A stretch of 64,000 nucleotides of DNA, taken from assembly GCA_000002435.2 (NCBI GenBank), contig CM018793.1; one strand, given 5' to 3'. Shown piece by piece: positions 22,320-33,542 of the stretch (the first letter of the stretch is position 1; every line of letters begins with the position of its first letter). Source of the stretch: Giardia intestinalis. Its lineage: Eukaryota. A program made the translations under genes and the position numbers. The notes under the pieces are model-generated. The model did not search any database and was not told the origin of the DNA. It worked only from the letters and a program-made list of their open reading frames with translations.

Positions 22320-22892
22320 TCATGTATGTCTCCATATAGCTGCTAGCAGTTCACGCCAGTCGTCTTGTGGATCTCCTGTAGCATAGACGACTCTTGATGC
22401 TTCGTTGGGAAGATCCTTAGCTAGTCTGGGGCTAAGCACAGTTCGCAGCAACTCTAATTCTTTTGAACGAGTGCTGACTACAATCTCGCATCCAATGGAA
22501 ACAATTTTAAGGAGTTTTAGAATATCATCTACAGTTTTATCCAGATCTACTGGACCTGCAATGTATACTACTAGCATTGTATGTGCTAAATAGACATTTG
22601 GGAGTGAATCAGCAATAGCCGAGTCTATATGACTTGGAGGTACGCACGCCACTCTGGCAATACAGTTTAAGAGGTGCACATACCCTGTGTTGACAAGGAG
22701 TGCAGTGTGTTGCTGATCATGAGCTGTGGTCATGTTTGTCAAAAGCCGGTAGACTGCGACTGAATCGCCATGTGCTCGTCCAAGGATAAGGATTGTGGGA
22801 ACAAAGCGTCGTTTCTTCACTGCTAGGCAAGAAACTACTAGAATCGTCAGAAGCAACGATTGCAAAAGAATTGTAACTATGGTTATGCCCAT
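22320..22892 (-). CDS. Hypothetical small membrane protein with an N-terminal TM helix
   Basis: The ORF has a hydrophobic N-terminus (GITIVTILLQSLLLTILVVSCLAV). The track start is a TTG at 22904, and the first ATG is at 22890-22892. Confidence 0.4.
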   Translation of the reverse strand: MGITIVTILLQSLLLTILVVSCLAVKKRRFVPTILILGRAHGDSVAVYRLLTNMTTAHDQQHTALLVNTGYVHLLNCIARVACVPPSHIDSAIADSLPNVYLAHTMLVVYIAGPVDLDKTVDDILKLLKIVSIGCEIVVSTRSKELELLRTVLSPRLAKDLPNEASRVVYATGDPQDDWRELLAAIWRHT

Positions 22893-22954
22893 ACTAATGG
22901 CCAATTATTCGATTTACTTTCATAAGCGGCAAGATTTATCCGTGAAAGAGCGCG

Positions 22955-23836
22955 TTACTTGAAGCAGTTGATAATTTCCATGAACGCCTTAGCAAACTTA
23001 GGGTCTCTCATGTGAACGGCAGCGGCGGCCGGATCCTTGGCGACTTCGTCAAGCTTCCGAGTAAACTCAGGGTCCTCCATGGCCTGAGCAGTAGTGTTAT
23101 TCGATAGCAACTTCTGAGCTGTGGAGGCGGAGAGGCTCTGTGCCTCTGATTTCAGATTGTCAAGAACACGAAATGCTTCTGGTAGGGGACCCCCCTTAGA
23201 CTTTGCAGTTTCGACCTCTGCATACACTCGGTCTGCAAATGATTGTTCCTTCTTCTCCTGTGCCTTGGCAGATGCCTTGTTTTGCTGTTCTTCGAAGAGA
23301 CGTTTTGCCTCTGCTTCCTCCCGCTTCTCTGCTTCGACCTTCGGATTCAAGCCTTTAATAAGCTCTGCAACGTCTTCGCTATAATCAAGGCTCTGTGCCT
23401 TCTGATAAGCTGCAAGCGCTTCTCCGTAATGGCAGAGATAAGTGTAGGCTTTGCCAAGAAGCCTAAAGGAGCCAACGTGGGTAGGGGAGCGCTCTGTAGC
23501 AGCTTTGAGATCCCGTATAGCAGCAGCAAGTTCACCTATGTCAAACAACACTTGTGCTCGGGACATAAGCATCAAGGCCGAACACGGGCAGAGATTAATA
23601 GCATCCGTGAGAAGGAGGATGGCTGTATTCAATTTTTCCGGGTAGGCATTCAATGCACGGGCTCGTAGTTGCATAGCCTCTTCGAAAGCATCGTCATCGT
23701 ATGATTTGAGAGGATCGCCTAGACTTAGGGCTCGGTAATCAATGAGCAGCTGTTCCGTCTCATTGGTTCCCAGGTCCATTTCCTCTAAGTCCGGTAGCTC
23801 AGAACAAGAACTACAGCTCGAAGGATCTTCTGCCAT
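22955..23836 (-). CDS. TPR-repeat co-chaperone with a C-terminal STI1/DP domain (Hsc70-interacting protein Hip/ST13-like)
   Basis: Three TPR-like helices are followed by a charged linker and a C-terminal DPEF..KLDEVAKDPAAAAVHMRDPKFAKAFMEIINCF, which is an STI1-type DP motif. It starts at an ATG. Confidence 0.6.
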   Translation of the reverse strand: MAEDPSSCSSCSELPDLEEMDLGTNETEQLLIDYRALSLGDPLKSYDDDAFEEAMQLRARALNAYPEKLNTAILLLTDAINLCPCSALMLMSRAQVLFDIGELAAAIRDLKAATERSPTHVGSFRLLGKAYTYLCHYGEALAAYQKAQSLDYSEDVAELIKGLNPKVEAEKREEAEAKRLFEEQQNKASAKAQEKKEQSFADRVYAEVETAKSKGGPLPEAFRVLDNLKSEAQSLSASTAQKLLSNNTTAQAMEDPEFTRKLDEVAKDPAAAAVHMRDPKFAKAFMEIINCFK

Positions 23837-23887
23837 AGTGCGTTTTCACACCTACACAAACCTTAAAAAATAAAAGATTCAGTCAGA
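23837..23887. promoter_or_regulatory. 51-bp bidirectional promoter between the divergent Hip-like and coatomer beta-prime genes
   Basis: The start codons lie at 23836 (-) and 23888 (+). The sequence between them is ttttcacacctacacaaaccttaaaaaataaaagattcagtcaga, with an A/T-rich initiator block. Confidence 0.5.
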
Positions 23888-26800
23888 ATGACGCAGCCCC
23901 CTGCCTTGTCTACCCTTCAGACCATCCGCACATCAAGGATAAAGGCTGTTGACTTTCACTGCCAGCAACCATGGGTCGTGCAAGGGCTGTTCAGTGGGGA
24001 GCTGGCCCTCTATGACTGGGCAGTAGGAAGAGTCCTTAAGACCATATCTGTTTGTCCGCACCCTATTCGCGCAGTTCGTTTTCTTCCAAAGACTAGTTTT
24101 CTTCTTGTAGGTTCTGATGATGGCGTTCTACGCCTTTATGAATCTGGCTCCCTTCAGAAGCGTGCCGAAGTGACGGCTCATTCTGACTGCATCCGGGCCA
24201 TTGAGATCCATCCTACAAGTGATGAAACCGTCGTATTTACAGGTGGCGATGATGGAGTCATACGTGTCTGGAGTCTCAACAGTCAGGCTACCGGATTTAA
24301 TTTAGAGCAAGAATTGCACGGGCATGCGCACTTCGTGATGTCACTCTGCATAGACCCAGCAGGTCTCAAGCTTATCTCTGGATCGATGGACTCTACAATC
24401 AAAGCGTGGGATGTCAGCCGCCTTGTCAATATGGAGTCATTCCGTGCCAAGGCTACTATAGCCGCAGATGCTCCTGCTGTTGGGGTTCTCCAGACAAACT
24501 TCAGCACCTATACTAATGATGAAGAGGATAGAGGCCTCGCCATGACTTATGCTACTTTGGCGGCACAAGGACTTACAAGGGCAATCGGAACAGTCTTGAA
24601 AAGGGGGAGGGATGACGGGTATACGTCTGCCGATGACATGAAGACTCTTATGCCGAAAGCCACAGCGATTTCGTTGTTTACGTTATTTGGTCACGAGCAA
24701 GGGGTCAATAGCGTGTGCTGGTGCGAGAGTCTCAACAATGATGTTACAAGCAATCCGTATTACACCGGGGGATTGCAGTACATTGCATCAGGATCCGATG
24801 ATACAACTATCAGGATCTGGGACACTCACTCTCGTGCGGTCGTTCGTGAGTTTGACCACCACTCAGCAAGTGTCAGCTGTGTTTCGTATGTTACTGGTTC
24901 TAGCTATCTTCTCGCTGTTGCTGAGGATAATAATCTTTCCATCATTAATACAACGTCCATGACTTTGGAACGCACAATGAACTATAGCCTTGGGAGAATG
25001 TGGGCTGTCTCTTACAATTTTGATGTTTCTGGGGTCTATGCTGCAATTGGCTGTGACCAAGGGCTTGCTGTTGTGAGGATAGGTGAAAGTACTCTTAAAT
25101 ACGCCTCCTATGACGGATCCTCAACTGCTGGACACAGATCTTTTCTAGCAATTGCGGGAACTCCAGTTCCTGGAAGTCGTAGCATAATTCCAGGGCCAGG
25201 AGCTGGCGTAGCATTTTGCACCTTGACAGGCGCTTTAGAGCAAGTGGAATGGAAGACAATTTCACCGGAGGAGACAGGACCTTTTGTAAAGGACTTAACT
25301 TACAGCCCGAACGGTCGCTTCTTGGCCATAACTGGAGACGGTAGCTACGCACTAGTTTCTACAATGTCTCTCAAAAAGAAGATTGTCGGCTCTTGCTATG
25401 CACTCGCTTTTGCGACAGACTGTGAGCCCTTGAATTTTGTTTATAGAGACGACGCGCTGGATGAAAAGGCCTCCAAACTTTTGCTCACTGATCGTGCCGA
25501 AGAGGGGCTATACGCTATTGTTGATGAAAAACGGAGAAGACTGGCAATGCATTCTCTAGCAAAAGAAAATGTGGAGCTATGTTCTTTGAAGCTTATTTAT
25601 ACCGCCCAGACCCTTGTTTCAGGGCCCTTGCTGGCTGTGCTAGCTGAAGATGCTGTTGTATTCTTTGACTGGTCCCGAAGCTTCAAGTTCCTCTGTCAGG
25701 TCAACGTGACGGCAACATCCTTGATTTGGAGTGGCGCTGGAGACATGCTTGCAATCACTTCGCCCGCGGAAACATACATCCTTGGCATAAACTGGGGATA
25801 CATAACTGCAAATATTGATAATGAAGAAGTTTATGATAAGGAAGATGGGTTACTGAATGCGGTAGCTCTTTTGCATGTTATAGACAAGGAAGTAGAGTCC
25901 ATAGCTTTCAACACTGATGGAACCTCCATTCTTTATTGCGTAAGTCTTCGGGGGAGCTCCAGCCAACTAGAAAATTCCACTAGCCTAATTTATCAGATGA
26001 GTACCAAAGAACTTATCTCTTTGGTAAACGTATCATCTGAATCGGCTGGAATATCAATAATGCCGTCTGCCATAGTTGTAGAGGGTGCTAATAGAATATT
26101 GGGCATAGGGCTCGTTCAACCCATTAAAGAAAAGGATGGTGATGTAATTAACTTACAGAATGACCAGATCATTGTACTTGGCACGCCAATACACAATGGA
26201 TCTGGGTCGTTGCATTCTAACACCATAACCCTACTGAACGCTAGGTTAGATAACCGTATGATTAAGTTGAAGCAGCTTCTGCTGGAAAAGAAACTGCAAG
26301 AAGCACTTGAGTTGGCCCGTTGTTTCACAGAAAATACCGTTCCCGCAGCTCACCAACTTATTAAAGCAGGCTTATCTTACGAAGACGTTGAGGGAATTCT
26401 ACATAATGCCGAGCAAAAGAGTCTAATCGCTTCGTATGCTGGTCGTGTGGACATACAGCTTACTCTCTTTCCTAAATCTGCTGATTATGATAGTCCCGAA
26501 GCAAAGCGGAAGATGGGCGACTTGGCCTTTCGTAGTGGCTATTTGGAAGATGCGTATTCTCTATACAAAGACGTGGAAAATTATCCCATGTGCTTTTTGT
26601 GTGCCTATATTGTGGGTAGTGTTGAAAAGCTTAATGAGTTAAGCAGCCTCACTACTGATCTTGCTCTAAAGTATCGCATAGCTTGTGCTATTGGTAATGA
26701 CAAACTAGCCTACCAAGCGCTCGATGGGAGGGCGTGTTCCCCTCCTGAAATGGACGATGATAAACACTGTAAAGGGAACCCGGTCCTTAAGTATATATTT

Positions 26801-26899
26801 GCTGATAACCATGAAAATGTTGCTGATTCCGCAGCGCTTCTCAAAGAGGCTTGTGACTATTTAAAGAAAAGCGGAAGATTGATTACGTTCCAAGGATAA
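23888..26899 (+). CDS. COPB2: Coatomer subunit beta-prime (COPB2)
   Basis: The N-terminal WD40 propellers align along their length with COPB2. Examples are AHSDCIRAIEIHP..GGDDGVIRVW, LERTMNYSLGRMWAVS and PNGRFLAITGDGSYAL. An alpha-solenoid tail follows. There is a lineage-specific insertion of about 100 aa after the first propeller blades. Confidence 0.8.
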   Translation: MTQPPALSTLQTIRTSRIKAVDFHCQQPWVVQGLFSGELALYDWAVGRVLKTISVCPHPIRAVRFLPKTSFLLVGSDDGVLRLYESGSLQKRAEVTAHSDCIRAIEIHPTSDETVVFTGGDDGVIRVWSLNSQATGFNLEQELHGHAHFVMSLCIDPAGLKLISGSMDSTIKAWDVSRLVNMESFRAKATIAADAPAVGVLQTNFSTYTNDEEDRGLAMTYATLAAQGLTRAIGTVLKRGRDDGYTSADDMKTLMPKATAISLFTLFGHEQGVNSVCWCESLNNDVTSNPYYTGGLQYIASGSDDTTIRIWDTHSRAVVREFDHHSASVSCVSYVTGSSYLLAVAEDNNLSIINTTSMTLERTMNYSLGRMWAVSYNFDVSGVYAAIGCDQGLAVVRIGESTLKYASYDGSSTAGHRSFLAIAGTPVPGSRSIIPGPGAGVAFCTLTGALEQVEWKTISPEETGPFVKDLTYSPNGRFLAITGDGSYALVSTMSLKKKIVGSCYALAFATDCEPLNFVYRDDALDEKASKLLLTDRAEEGLYAIVDEKRRRLAMHSLAKENVELCSLKLIYTAQTLVSGPLLAVLAEDAVVFFDWSRSFKFLCQVNVTATSLIWSGAGDMLAITSPAETYILGINWGYITANIDNEEVYDKEDGLLNAVALLHVIDKEVESIAFNTDGTSILYCVSLRGSSSQLENSTSLIYQMSTKELISLVNVSSESAGISIMPSAIVVEGANRILGIGLVQPIKEKDGDVINLQNDQIIVLGTPIHNGSGSLHSNTITLLNARLDNRMIKLKQLLLEKKLQEALELARCFTENTVPAAHQLIKAGLSYEDVEGILHNAEQKSLIASYAGRVDIQLTLFPKSADYDSPEAKRKMGDLAFRSGYLEDAYSLYKDVENYPMCFLCAYIVGSVEKLNELSSLTTDLALKYRIACAIGNDKLAYQALDGRACSPPEMDDDKHCKGNPVLKYIFADNHENVADSAALLKEACDYLKKSGRLITFQG

Positions 26900-27099
26900 T
26901 CCAAAGATTATCTTTTATGCTACAATATTGTGAATATAGTGCTAAGATAATTTTGTCATCGATCGTGCACACCAACAATGACAGTGCGCTCCCCAGTGGG
27001 CCCTGATGCTGAGAAGCGCTTAGGCGCATGGAAACTGGCCCAGTGCCCTCTTGATATCCTTACTCTACAATTGACGCCCGACTCGGCGGCACCATCCTT

Positions 27100-30000
27100 G
27101 TGCCGGGTCCGAGACTGAGCCGGCGGCTGGCTCTGGAATCGGCCGGGAAGAACAGCCAAAGAGCACAGGCTAGTCGGCCCCGCTCAGCCACTGGTTGATA
27201 TAAAGACATTGCTCGGGAGAGATGGCGCTCCCCGGGCCACAAACATACAGGTGAGGGCACTTGCAGCAGGGGGTTGCTGCCACGTGCATGCCCTGGTGTC
27301 CAGGCACCTGGTCGTAGCTCGGGCAGTAGGAGTAGAAGTCGCTGTTGACTGATCGATATGCCGGACCCATGTTTGTGAGCATCTCCACCACAGCGCCATC
27401 TGCTATCAAGGCCCCCACGATCACCCGGACCTCCTCAGGTGTTAGAGTCCCGACCTCGTTCTTCTGAATGGCCTTGCAGATGTCATCGAAGACGACAGGC
27501 GCGCGTCCCACCGCCTTGTACACAAGGGCAGACAGCTTGGAGAGTTCGTCATCGCTGAACCGGCCGGCCAAGGACGAGGAGACGGCGTCGCTGGCCCGGG
27601 AAAGCTCCTTTGGGAAATAGTATCGCGCCTGCTTTTCCTGTACCGAGACTATCAGCTGCCGTGTTTCGAGCTTCTTCAGTGAGTCGGCGACGTTTCCTGC
27701 GGTGTAGCCCCGCCTCTGCAGGACGTCCTTCACCTCAGAGGCCGTGATTCCACGTGTCCGGGCCTTCAGCGAATGCATGCATACGACGACGTAGACATTC
27801 CGGAGATCCGTTTCCTGTAGTCCTGCATAGTTCTTCTTCATGGTTTCTGAAAGCTTCACGTCGGGGGGCATTGGTTTTTTAGAACAGGTAGTGGAGAGGC
27901 ACAAGCGTGGGCCCTGGACGGTAGCGTGACGACCAGTACTGACACAAAGGCCTTCCAGAAGTTGTGTGGCATTCGGGAGCCATAGGCTGTGCAGGGCGTT
28001 GATCTGTTATCTTGAATGATTGTGCACGCCAGGCTTCTTCAATTAGAATGGTTACTAACATTACAGCTTTCTGCTAGTCGTCCTTTGCAATCCTTCCGTG
28101 ACGGCCTTCATCTGACGCTCTATACAGCTACTCACTGCGGTGATCTCGCAAACCACGTGAAACATATCTGTGCTGCAGTAGAGCCCACCTAGACTACTCC
28201 AGACCAGAATCGCCTTGCCTTGTCCTCAGCTCCAGCGACCATAGGCTTTCCCTAGAAGGCCGACGCATCCTTCCCTACTATCGTGCAGCTGAGGATCACA
28301 TCGGGATACAGCTCTTGTTCTAAGGAAGAGCCGGGCTGCACTTGTCCTGTATACTTGCGCAGCACAGAGAACCCTACAAGTCGTAGTGCTAGGTCGTGTA
28401 GTGCGCTGTTTTGCTTTCTTGCATGGACTGCGGGGCTTATGCAAGAAAGTTGATAGCAAGAAACGTGTACACACTGGTGCTTATATCCTTCTGCTTGATA
28501 CAAGGCAGCAACGACGCGTTTTTGTACACACAGTCTAGGATTAATGGCTAAGTACCTTCACACATTGCGTGCCCTGATTTCTGCTTGCTATGGGCCTGTC
28601 TGAGCTCTACAACCCTCTGCAGAGAGAGCTAATCTACCTAACGTTAGCCAAGGCCGCATTCTGACGCTGATAAGCTGGCCACTGACTCACCAATCAACAG
28701 CACATGCCACCTTGCACTTCTACCCATAGAAGCTGCATCTCGGTGTTCTGCTTAACCATAATGTACGGCCTCTCTGCAAGACACGCGTTCCCTGTCTCGG
28801 CGCAGCCATAGTAGGATCTGTGGTCAAATGCGTAGAAGAACGTACCCAAAAGGTATCGTCTCGGCTCTCCACCTACTGTGATGCGTACTAGCATATGCCA
28901 AGTAACTAGTTCATGCGTATCTGTAAGAGTCTTCAGATACCGCGTAGATATGCGCAGAAGTACTTAACCCTGCCCGTACAGCGCGGCCCCTAGATCACAG
29001 ATCTTTGCAAACAACCTGGACCGCTATCACATGTGCTTCTCCGAGCAAGAAGGCAGTACCTCGGGCTCGCCTAAAAGTAACCGCTATGGATCAGCAATCC
29101 TTTAAGGAGTGTCTCGCTAGCATCACACGTGCCTATTGGTGGGTGGTTTGTACATCCGTGATATGGCTGTTCTTGTACCTCCAATTACTTCGAGAAAGAA
29201 CCAGGGAGCGCTCCTTGCGGATTACAGCCGTGCCACATCAAGCATGCGGCCGCACACCCTTCCAACGTGAGTGACGCACACCGCTGAGACCCATGCACGT
29301 TGCTCCGCGGTGTTGCATTGGCACGCAAGTAGGCTATTCTGAAGACTGCAAACTGTTTCAAGCACCCTGTTACTCCATTCCATATCTTGCAGACGCGCCA
29401 CAGCGGACGCTTTCACAGATGCCTATAGCAGAGGAGCTCCTTCGAAGTAAGGGTTACCTGAAGGTCTTTCTTTATATTGAGGTGACTTGCTAGCCAGCTG
29501 GTATAGGCGTCGAAGGAGCCCCATACCTCGCCTCGGCGATATACCCACCTGCGCACTCGCCGCCCTTCAAGCCTGCCTGCGCTCCCAACGAACTCGGCGA
29601 AGGTGGGCAGCAGGCGCGCTGGGAAAGTTCGGCACCCCGTGTTCCCACGACGTCTCCGATCGCAGTACTGGCGGGGCCTGACGGCGCTTCTCTTCCTAAT
29701 TCGGAACGAGTTAAGGAGTTTCCGCCGTAGGATGGCCGAACTGGCGGTCGGTGGGGCTGTGCAATGCACAAAAGACTTGAGCTTGTAAATTTAGCTTGTT
29801 ACAATTGGTCTATCGCCGGGGCTGTGTACAAGGGCTGACCAATCGAAATGGGATAAGCGGAACGGTCTCTTGCCGAGGAAAAAGATCGCGCCCGAGGCAG
29901 TGCTGGAGTCGTCCTCGAGGGCAAACATCTGGGGACAGCTACCAACATGCGACCCCTGCCAACCAGCACACGGAATTTGGTCGATAAGCTGACTAGGCAG

Positions 30001-32070
30001 CATGCATCTAGGGGATTAGCGTTTACCAAAGGACCACGCGCAGTCTCTTGAATAGATGAGATGTCGCGTTTGGGTCGAAGGCAGTTAGGTAGCTTCTAGC
30101 CCCCAGAATGCTAACCAGTGCCCTGTAGGCTGTCTTGCTAGCACTTGCCTTTCTGCACCCACTGATTGCAGTGTGTCGAACGGATAGCTTCTAGAAGGTA
30201 ATGCTAGATTCAGGAGGGATCACCGCGGAGCCCTCCGGCACGTGCTTAGTCAATTAAGGGGTACTACTACGATGTGTATCACATACTATAGCCAGTTACG
30301 CCAGCATGGGAGGCTAGCCATGTCTGGGAAGTAGTAGCTAGTGACACGGTCGACTGCCGGCCATGAGAGCTCCGCGGGGCTGTTCTACTGCGGCTCCATC
30401 CTTACACAGAAGGTGCTGCTATGGGCTAGGATGCGCTGCAGTCCATCAAAACTTGATGGCGAGAGTCTCGATGAAGACGGAGACGTGCGTGTTCTGAGGG
30501 CTGATCCTGCTTCTATTGGTACCTTATCATGCGCTGCTCTCCGTGAAGCAATAGAACTGCATGCCGGGAGCTTCATTTATATGTACACATGACAAAGCAG
30601 GAACAAGTAGTTCTCTTGGCTGCTGATCAATGGCACCTCTGTAGCCTACGTCGATCCGGTGGCGAGCCGGCTATTGAAGCTTCCTGTGTCCAATACTAAT
30701 ACTGCCTACGACGGGCGCCATACTAGCCAAGAATTTGGATAAACAATACCACGATTCATGGGTACGGAGAGTGGCTAGATCGCGTGACTATGCCTTCCAG
30801 TTCTCTGCTCACCGCTGGCCGCGCACCAGCTATCTTGGATGCCACAAGAAAAGAGATCAAGCGTTATGCTCTCATTACAAGTATCTCTACGTGGCTCAAC
30901 AGAATACCTGCCCTGGCACTGTATGCGTTCTAAGGGCCTCTTACTCAACGAGCAGGACACGGACCCTGTGGTGCTACATCCAGACACAGGAAGGGTGGAG
31001 GCTGACTGCTAGAGACAGTACGGGCCTGCACTGCCTGTCAGGCCAGTCGGATCCTCATGCGCTCTCCGGCCCCTCTGCTGGGCGCTGAGTCCTTGCTAAC
31101 CTTAGTTACACACCGTCCGCGGAAGCACATGCGGCAGACCTCGCGGACATGCAGGTGTGCTCCGAAGTCTAGTAACCTGGGCACAGGATGCTGTGGCCAT
31201 CTGGTTAGTATTACAGCTTCATCCTGGGCGCGTACAGGTGACCCAGATTGGCACGGGACGTACGGGAAACCGACGGAAGCCATCTGGTGGCGGGATGCAC
31301 CACAACCAGCCCCGTCGCCCGATATAAGATACCTCCAGCTGGAAACAAAGTATTCTGTACTGATACGTGCTCGTTCAGAGGTGTGCCCTATTTATCACTT
31401 CCTGCTCGGGTAGTCGGGAGCTAGCTGTTTAGTGCATCTGCCTAAAGCTAAGTAAAGGCAATAGTGGGCACAGCAGCCAAGAACGGCCAATCAGACAGCC
31501 ACCGGACGCACCTCTTCGCTGTTATCATTGTCAAATCTGGAAGCAGCTGGTGCTTTATTGACACACTATGAGTGGCTGCCTGGTCCCAGCCTTCTCCCAT
31601 GTTGCAGCACAATGCCCACACACCGCAAGGGGCGCACAAGTACTCGGTGCGTATGTTACAGGGCTTGTATGATCGTGGATGGCCGACATGAGGCTAATCT
31701 TTTTGCTTCAAGTAACTTGGTTGATGAAGGATATGGAGCTGTGGTCTTCAGGGATAGCCTCTGGTCCATCATTGCGAGATCAGCCATAGATAAGCATGAG
31801 TATATCCAGTCACACCACAGTGGAGCCCTTAGCCAAGGATGGCAAATGCTCAAGGCCCAACGTCCAAGAAAGATATACAAGTGCTCGGTCCCTTCTTCTG
31901 AGAGCCCAGCATCCTCCCAGCGGGTCTGGAGGCCATGGTGCTCTTCATAAGGAAGGGTATAAGAGTCAGACGTAATTGCTGACTAGTCACTGTTCTGAAT
32001 GTGACTAGTAGGTATGAGAGAATCAGGGTGGATCTAGTCAAGGAAGAGCGAGGAGATGCTATCAGAGGGA
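27100..32070. repeat. Left arm of a giant inverted repeat, about 4.97 kb; essentially identical to the reverse complement of 33765..38735
   Basis: Every six-frame ORF in 26956-32041 reappears with the same translation on the opposite strand at 33761-38772. ORF coordinates pair as x and 65835-x, so the arms have no indels. Spot checks of nucleotides were identical. Boundaries are good to about +/-5 bp. Confidence 0.9.
27170..27871 (-). CDS. RPC34: DNA-directed RNA polymerase III subunit RPC34/RPC6 (POLR3F family), copy A, inside the left repeat arm
   Basis: The C-terminus PEEVRVIVGALIADGAVVEM...PCCKCPHLYVCGPGSAISPEQCLYINQWL matches the RPC6 winged-helix-3 and Fe-S cluster domain (human: ..TLIYDGKVEM..PCGLCPVFDDCHEGGEISPSNCIYMTEWL). 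The track start is a TTG at 27904. The first ATG is at 27869-27871 and follows ctaaaaaacca. Confidence 0.7.
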   Translation of the reverse strand: MPPDVKLSETMKKNYAGLQETDLRNVYVVVCMHSLKARTRGITASEVKDVLQRRGYTAGNVADSLKKLETRQLIVSVQEKQARYYFPKELSRASDAVSSSLAGRFSDDELSKLSALVYKAVGRAPVVFDDICKAIQKNEVGTLTPEEVRVIVGALIADGAVVEMLTNMGPAYRSVNSDFYSYCPSYDQVPGHQGMHVAATPCCKCPHLYVCGPGSAISPEQCLYINQWLSGAD

Positions 32071-32412
32071 ACGCAGGGAGACGTTAAACTGACGATCCTT
32101 AAGTGAGCGAGAGGCCGAGCTTGACACCACACAAACAGATAGAATCTTTGGAATGCACGTAGAAATGAGACAGCCTGTCTCTCCGGACGGGGATACAATG
32201 TGCTGGGATTGCAGCGATGGACTGCCATACAGGTTCCTCCGTCATGAAGGGTTATAAAGGAGCGCTGGCGTGGCAAGCGACACTACTACTGGATGGAGTG
32301 CGCTGGAAGATCCTAGAAAGGATCCTTGCGGGCTAATTGGCTGTTAAACATTCTTCTCCTGACGTCTCATATTACTGAGTGAAACCACAAGCAACACGTG
32401 AGTCGAGCACCA

Positions 32413-33525
32413 ATGTTACTACCAGCTCTCTGCTTTTTGATGAGCGGCCTCGCCGCGCAACGCACTAAACAACCCACGTCCGGCTGCCAGGTCGACAACT
32501 GCGAGCGGTGCGTCCCCAGCGACGAAACAAAGTGCGAGGCGTGTAACTCTGGCTTCGACCTCGACGAAAACACAAAGCAGTGCAACCCAGCGCCGGCCGA
32601 GTGCCCGATCGTGAACTGCCAGACGTGCTCCCAGGACAAGCAGACTTGCGTGGCATGTGAACCAGGCAAGCATCTGACCCCGACGAAGAAGGCATGCTTA
32701 GATGCCTGCCCTGTCGGAACGTATCTATCCGGACAAACGTGCGCGCCCTGCGACCCCTCCTGTGCGGAGTGCAGCGGGGCCGGCGCTTCCAAGTGCACGG
32801 CCTGTCCCGCCGGGAAGATGCTGAGGTACACCGACGAGACCAAGCTTAATGAGGGCGGCCAGTGCGTGGAGCAATGTGTGGAGGGCCCGGAGTGCGAGAC
32901 GTGCGGCCTAACAATTGGAGGTACCAAGTACTGCTCGAAGTGCAAGGGGAGCAACGTGCCGCTCAATGGCGTCTGCACAAGCAACGCGGCCAGGACTCAG
33001 TTCTGCACCACTGCCGCTGACGGTGCCTGCACGGCCTGCGCCGCCGGATACTTCATCCAGGAGGGCGGGTGCTACCAGACGACGAGGCTCCCCGGGAAGA
33101 GCATCTGCACGACTGACAATGGAGGGAAATGCCAAACGTGTGCTAACGGACAAACCCCAGACGGAGGGACTGGAGTGTGCCCGTTGTGCGACTCCACCTG
33201 CAAGACGTGCACAGCAGGACAGACACAGCAGTGTCAAACTTGCTTCTCTGGGTACTATAAGTCTGGAACAAAGTGTGTGAAGTGTGATGCTAGTGACGGC
33301 CAAATTACTGGCGTAACCGATTGCGTGAGTTGTGCTCCACCATCTGGTGATAGCGGTTCTGTCACTTGCTATGTGAAGATGGATGGCAGCAGTGGAGGGA
33401 ATAGCACGAACAAGAGCGGGCTCTCCACGGGGGCCATAGCTGGTATCGCCGTGGCTGCTGTCATAGTTGTTGGTGGTCTCGTCGGCTTCCTCTGCTGGTG
33501 GTTCATCTGTAGAGGAAAAGCATAG
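32413..33525 (+). CDS. vsp: Variant-specific surface protein (VSP), 370 aa, alone in the unique spacer of the palindrome
   Basis: Signal peptide MLLPALCFLMSGLAA. Many CXXC motifs. GGCY motif (EGGCYQ). C-terminal TM helix followed by the invariant CRGKA-stop. AGTAAAC poly(A) signal 10 nt after the stop. The track start is a GTG at 32398, and the first ATG is at 32413. Confidence 0.92.
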   Translation: MLLPALCFLMSGLAAQRTKQPTSGCQVDNCERCVPSDETKCEACNSGFDLDENTKQCNPAPAECPIVNCQTCSQDKQTCVACEPGKHLTPTKKACLDACPVGTYLSGQTCAPCDPSCAECSGAGASKCTACPAGKMLRYTDETKLNEGGQCVEQCVEGPECETCGLTIGGTKYCSKCKGSNVPLNGVCTSNAARTQFCTTAADGACTACAAGYFIQEGGCYQTTRLPGKSICTTDNGGKCQTCANGQTPDGGTGVCPLCDSTCKTCTAGQTQQCQTCFSGYYKSGTKCVKCDASDGQITGVTDCVSCAPPSGDSGSVTCYVKMDGSSGGNSTNKSGLSTGAIAGIAVAAVIVVGGLVGFLCWWFICRGKA

Positions 33526-33535
33526 ATACTTAGGT

Positions 33536-33542
33536 AGTAAAC
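33536..33542 (+). promoter_or_regulatory. Putative Giardia polyadenylation signal AGTAAAC for the VSP gene
   Basis: Exact AGTRAAY consensus 10 nt after the VSP stop codon (tag at 33523-33525). Confidence 0.6.

Noticed and set aside
28240-30015. Isolated TAGGG/CCCTA occurrences as possible telomeric repeats
   Set aside because: Only single, non-tandem hits were seen. There are no arrays, so this is not telomeric sequence.
28000-32070. Numerous 60-140-aa ORFs on both strands inside the repeat arms (for example 31528..31950 +, 31057..31413 +, 29413..29769 -)
   Set aside because: They overlap one another in all frames and have no strand bias in stop codons and no recognisable motif. I treat this as non-coding sequence, not as a set of genes.
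27872-32070. A Giardia LINE-like retrotransposon (GilM/GilT) as the content of the arms
   Set aside because: No long ORF was found. No reverse-transcriptase motifs (YxDD) or endonuclease motifs could be found in any frame. A fully decayed GilD-like remnant cannot be excluded without a similarity search.
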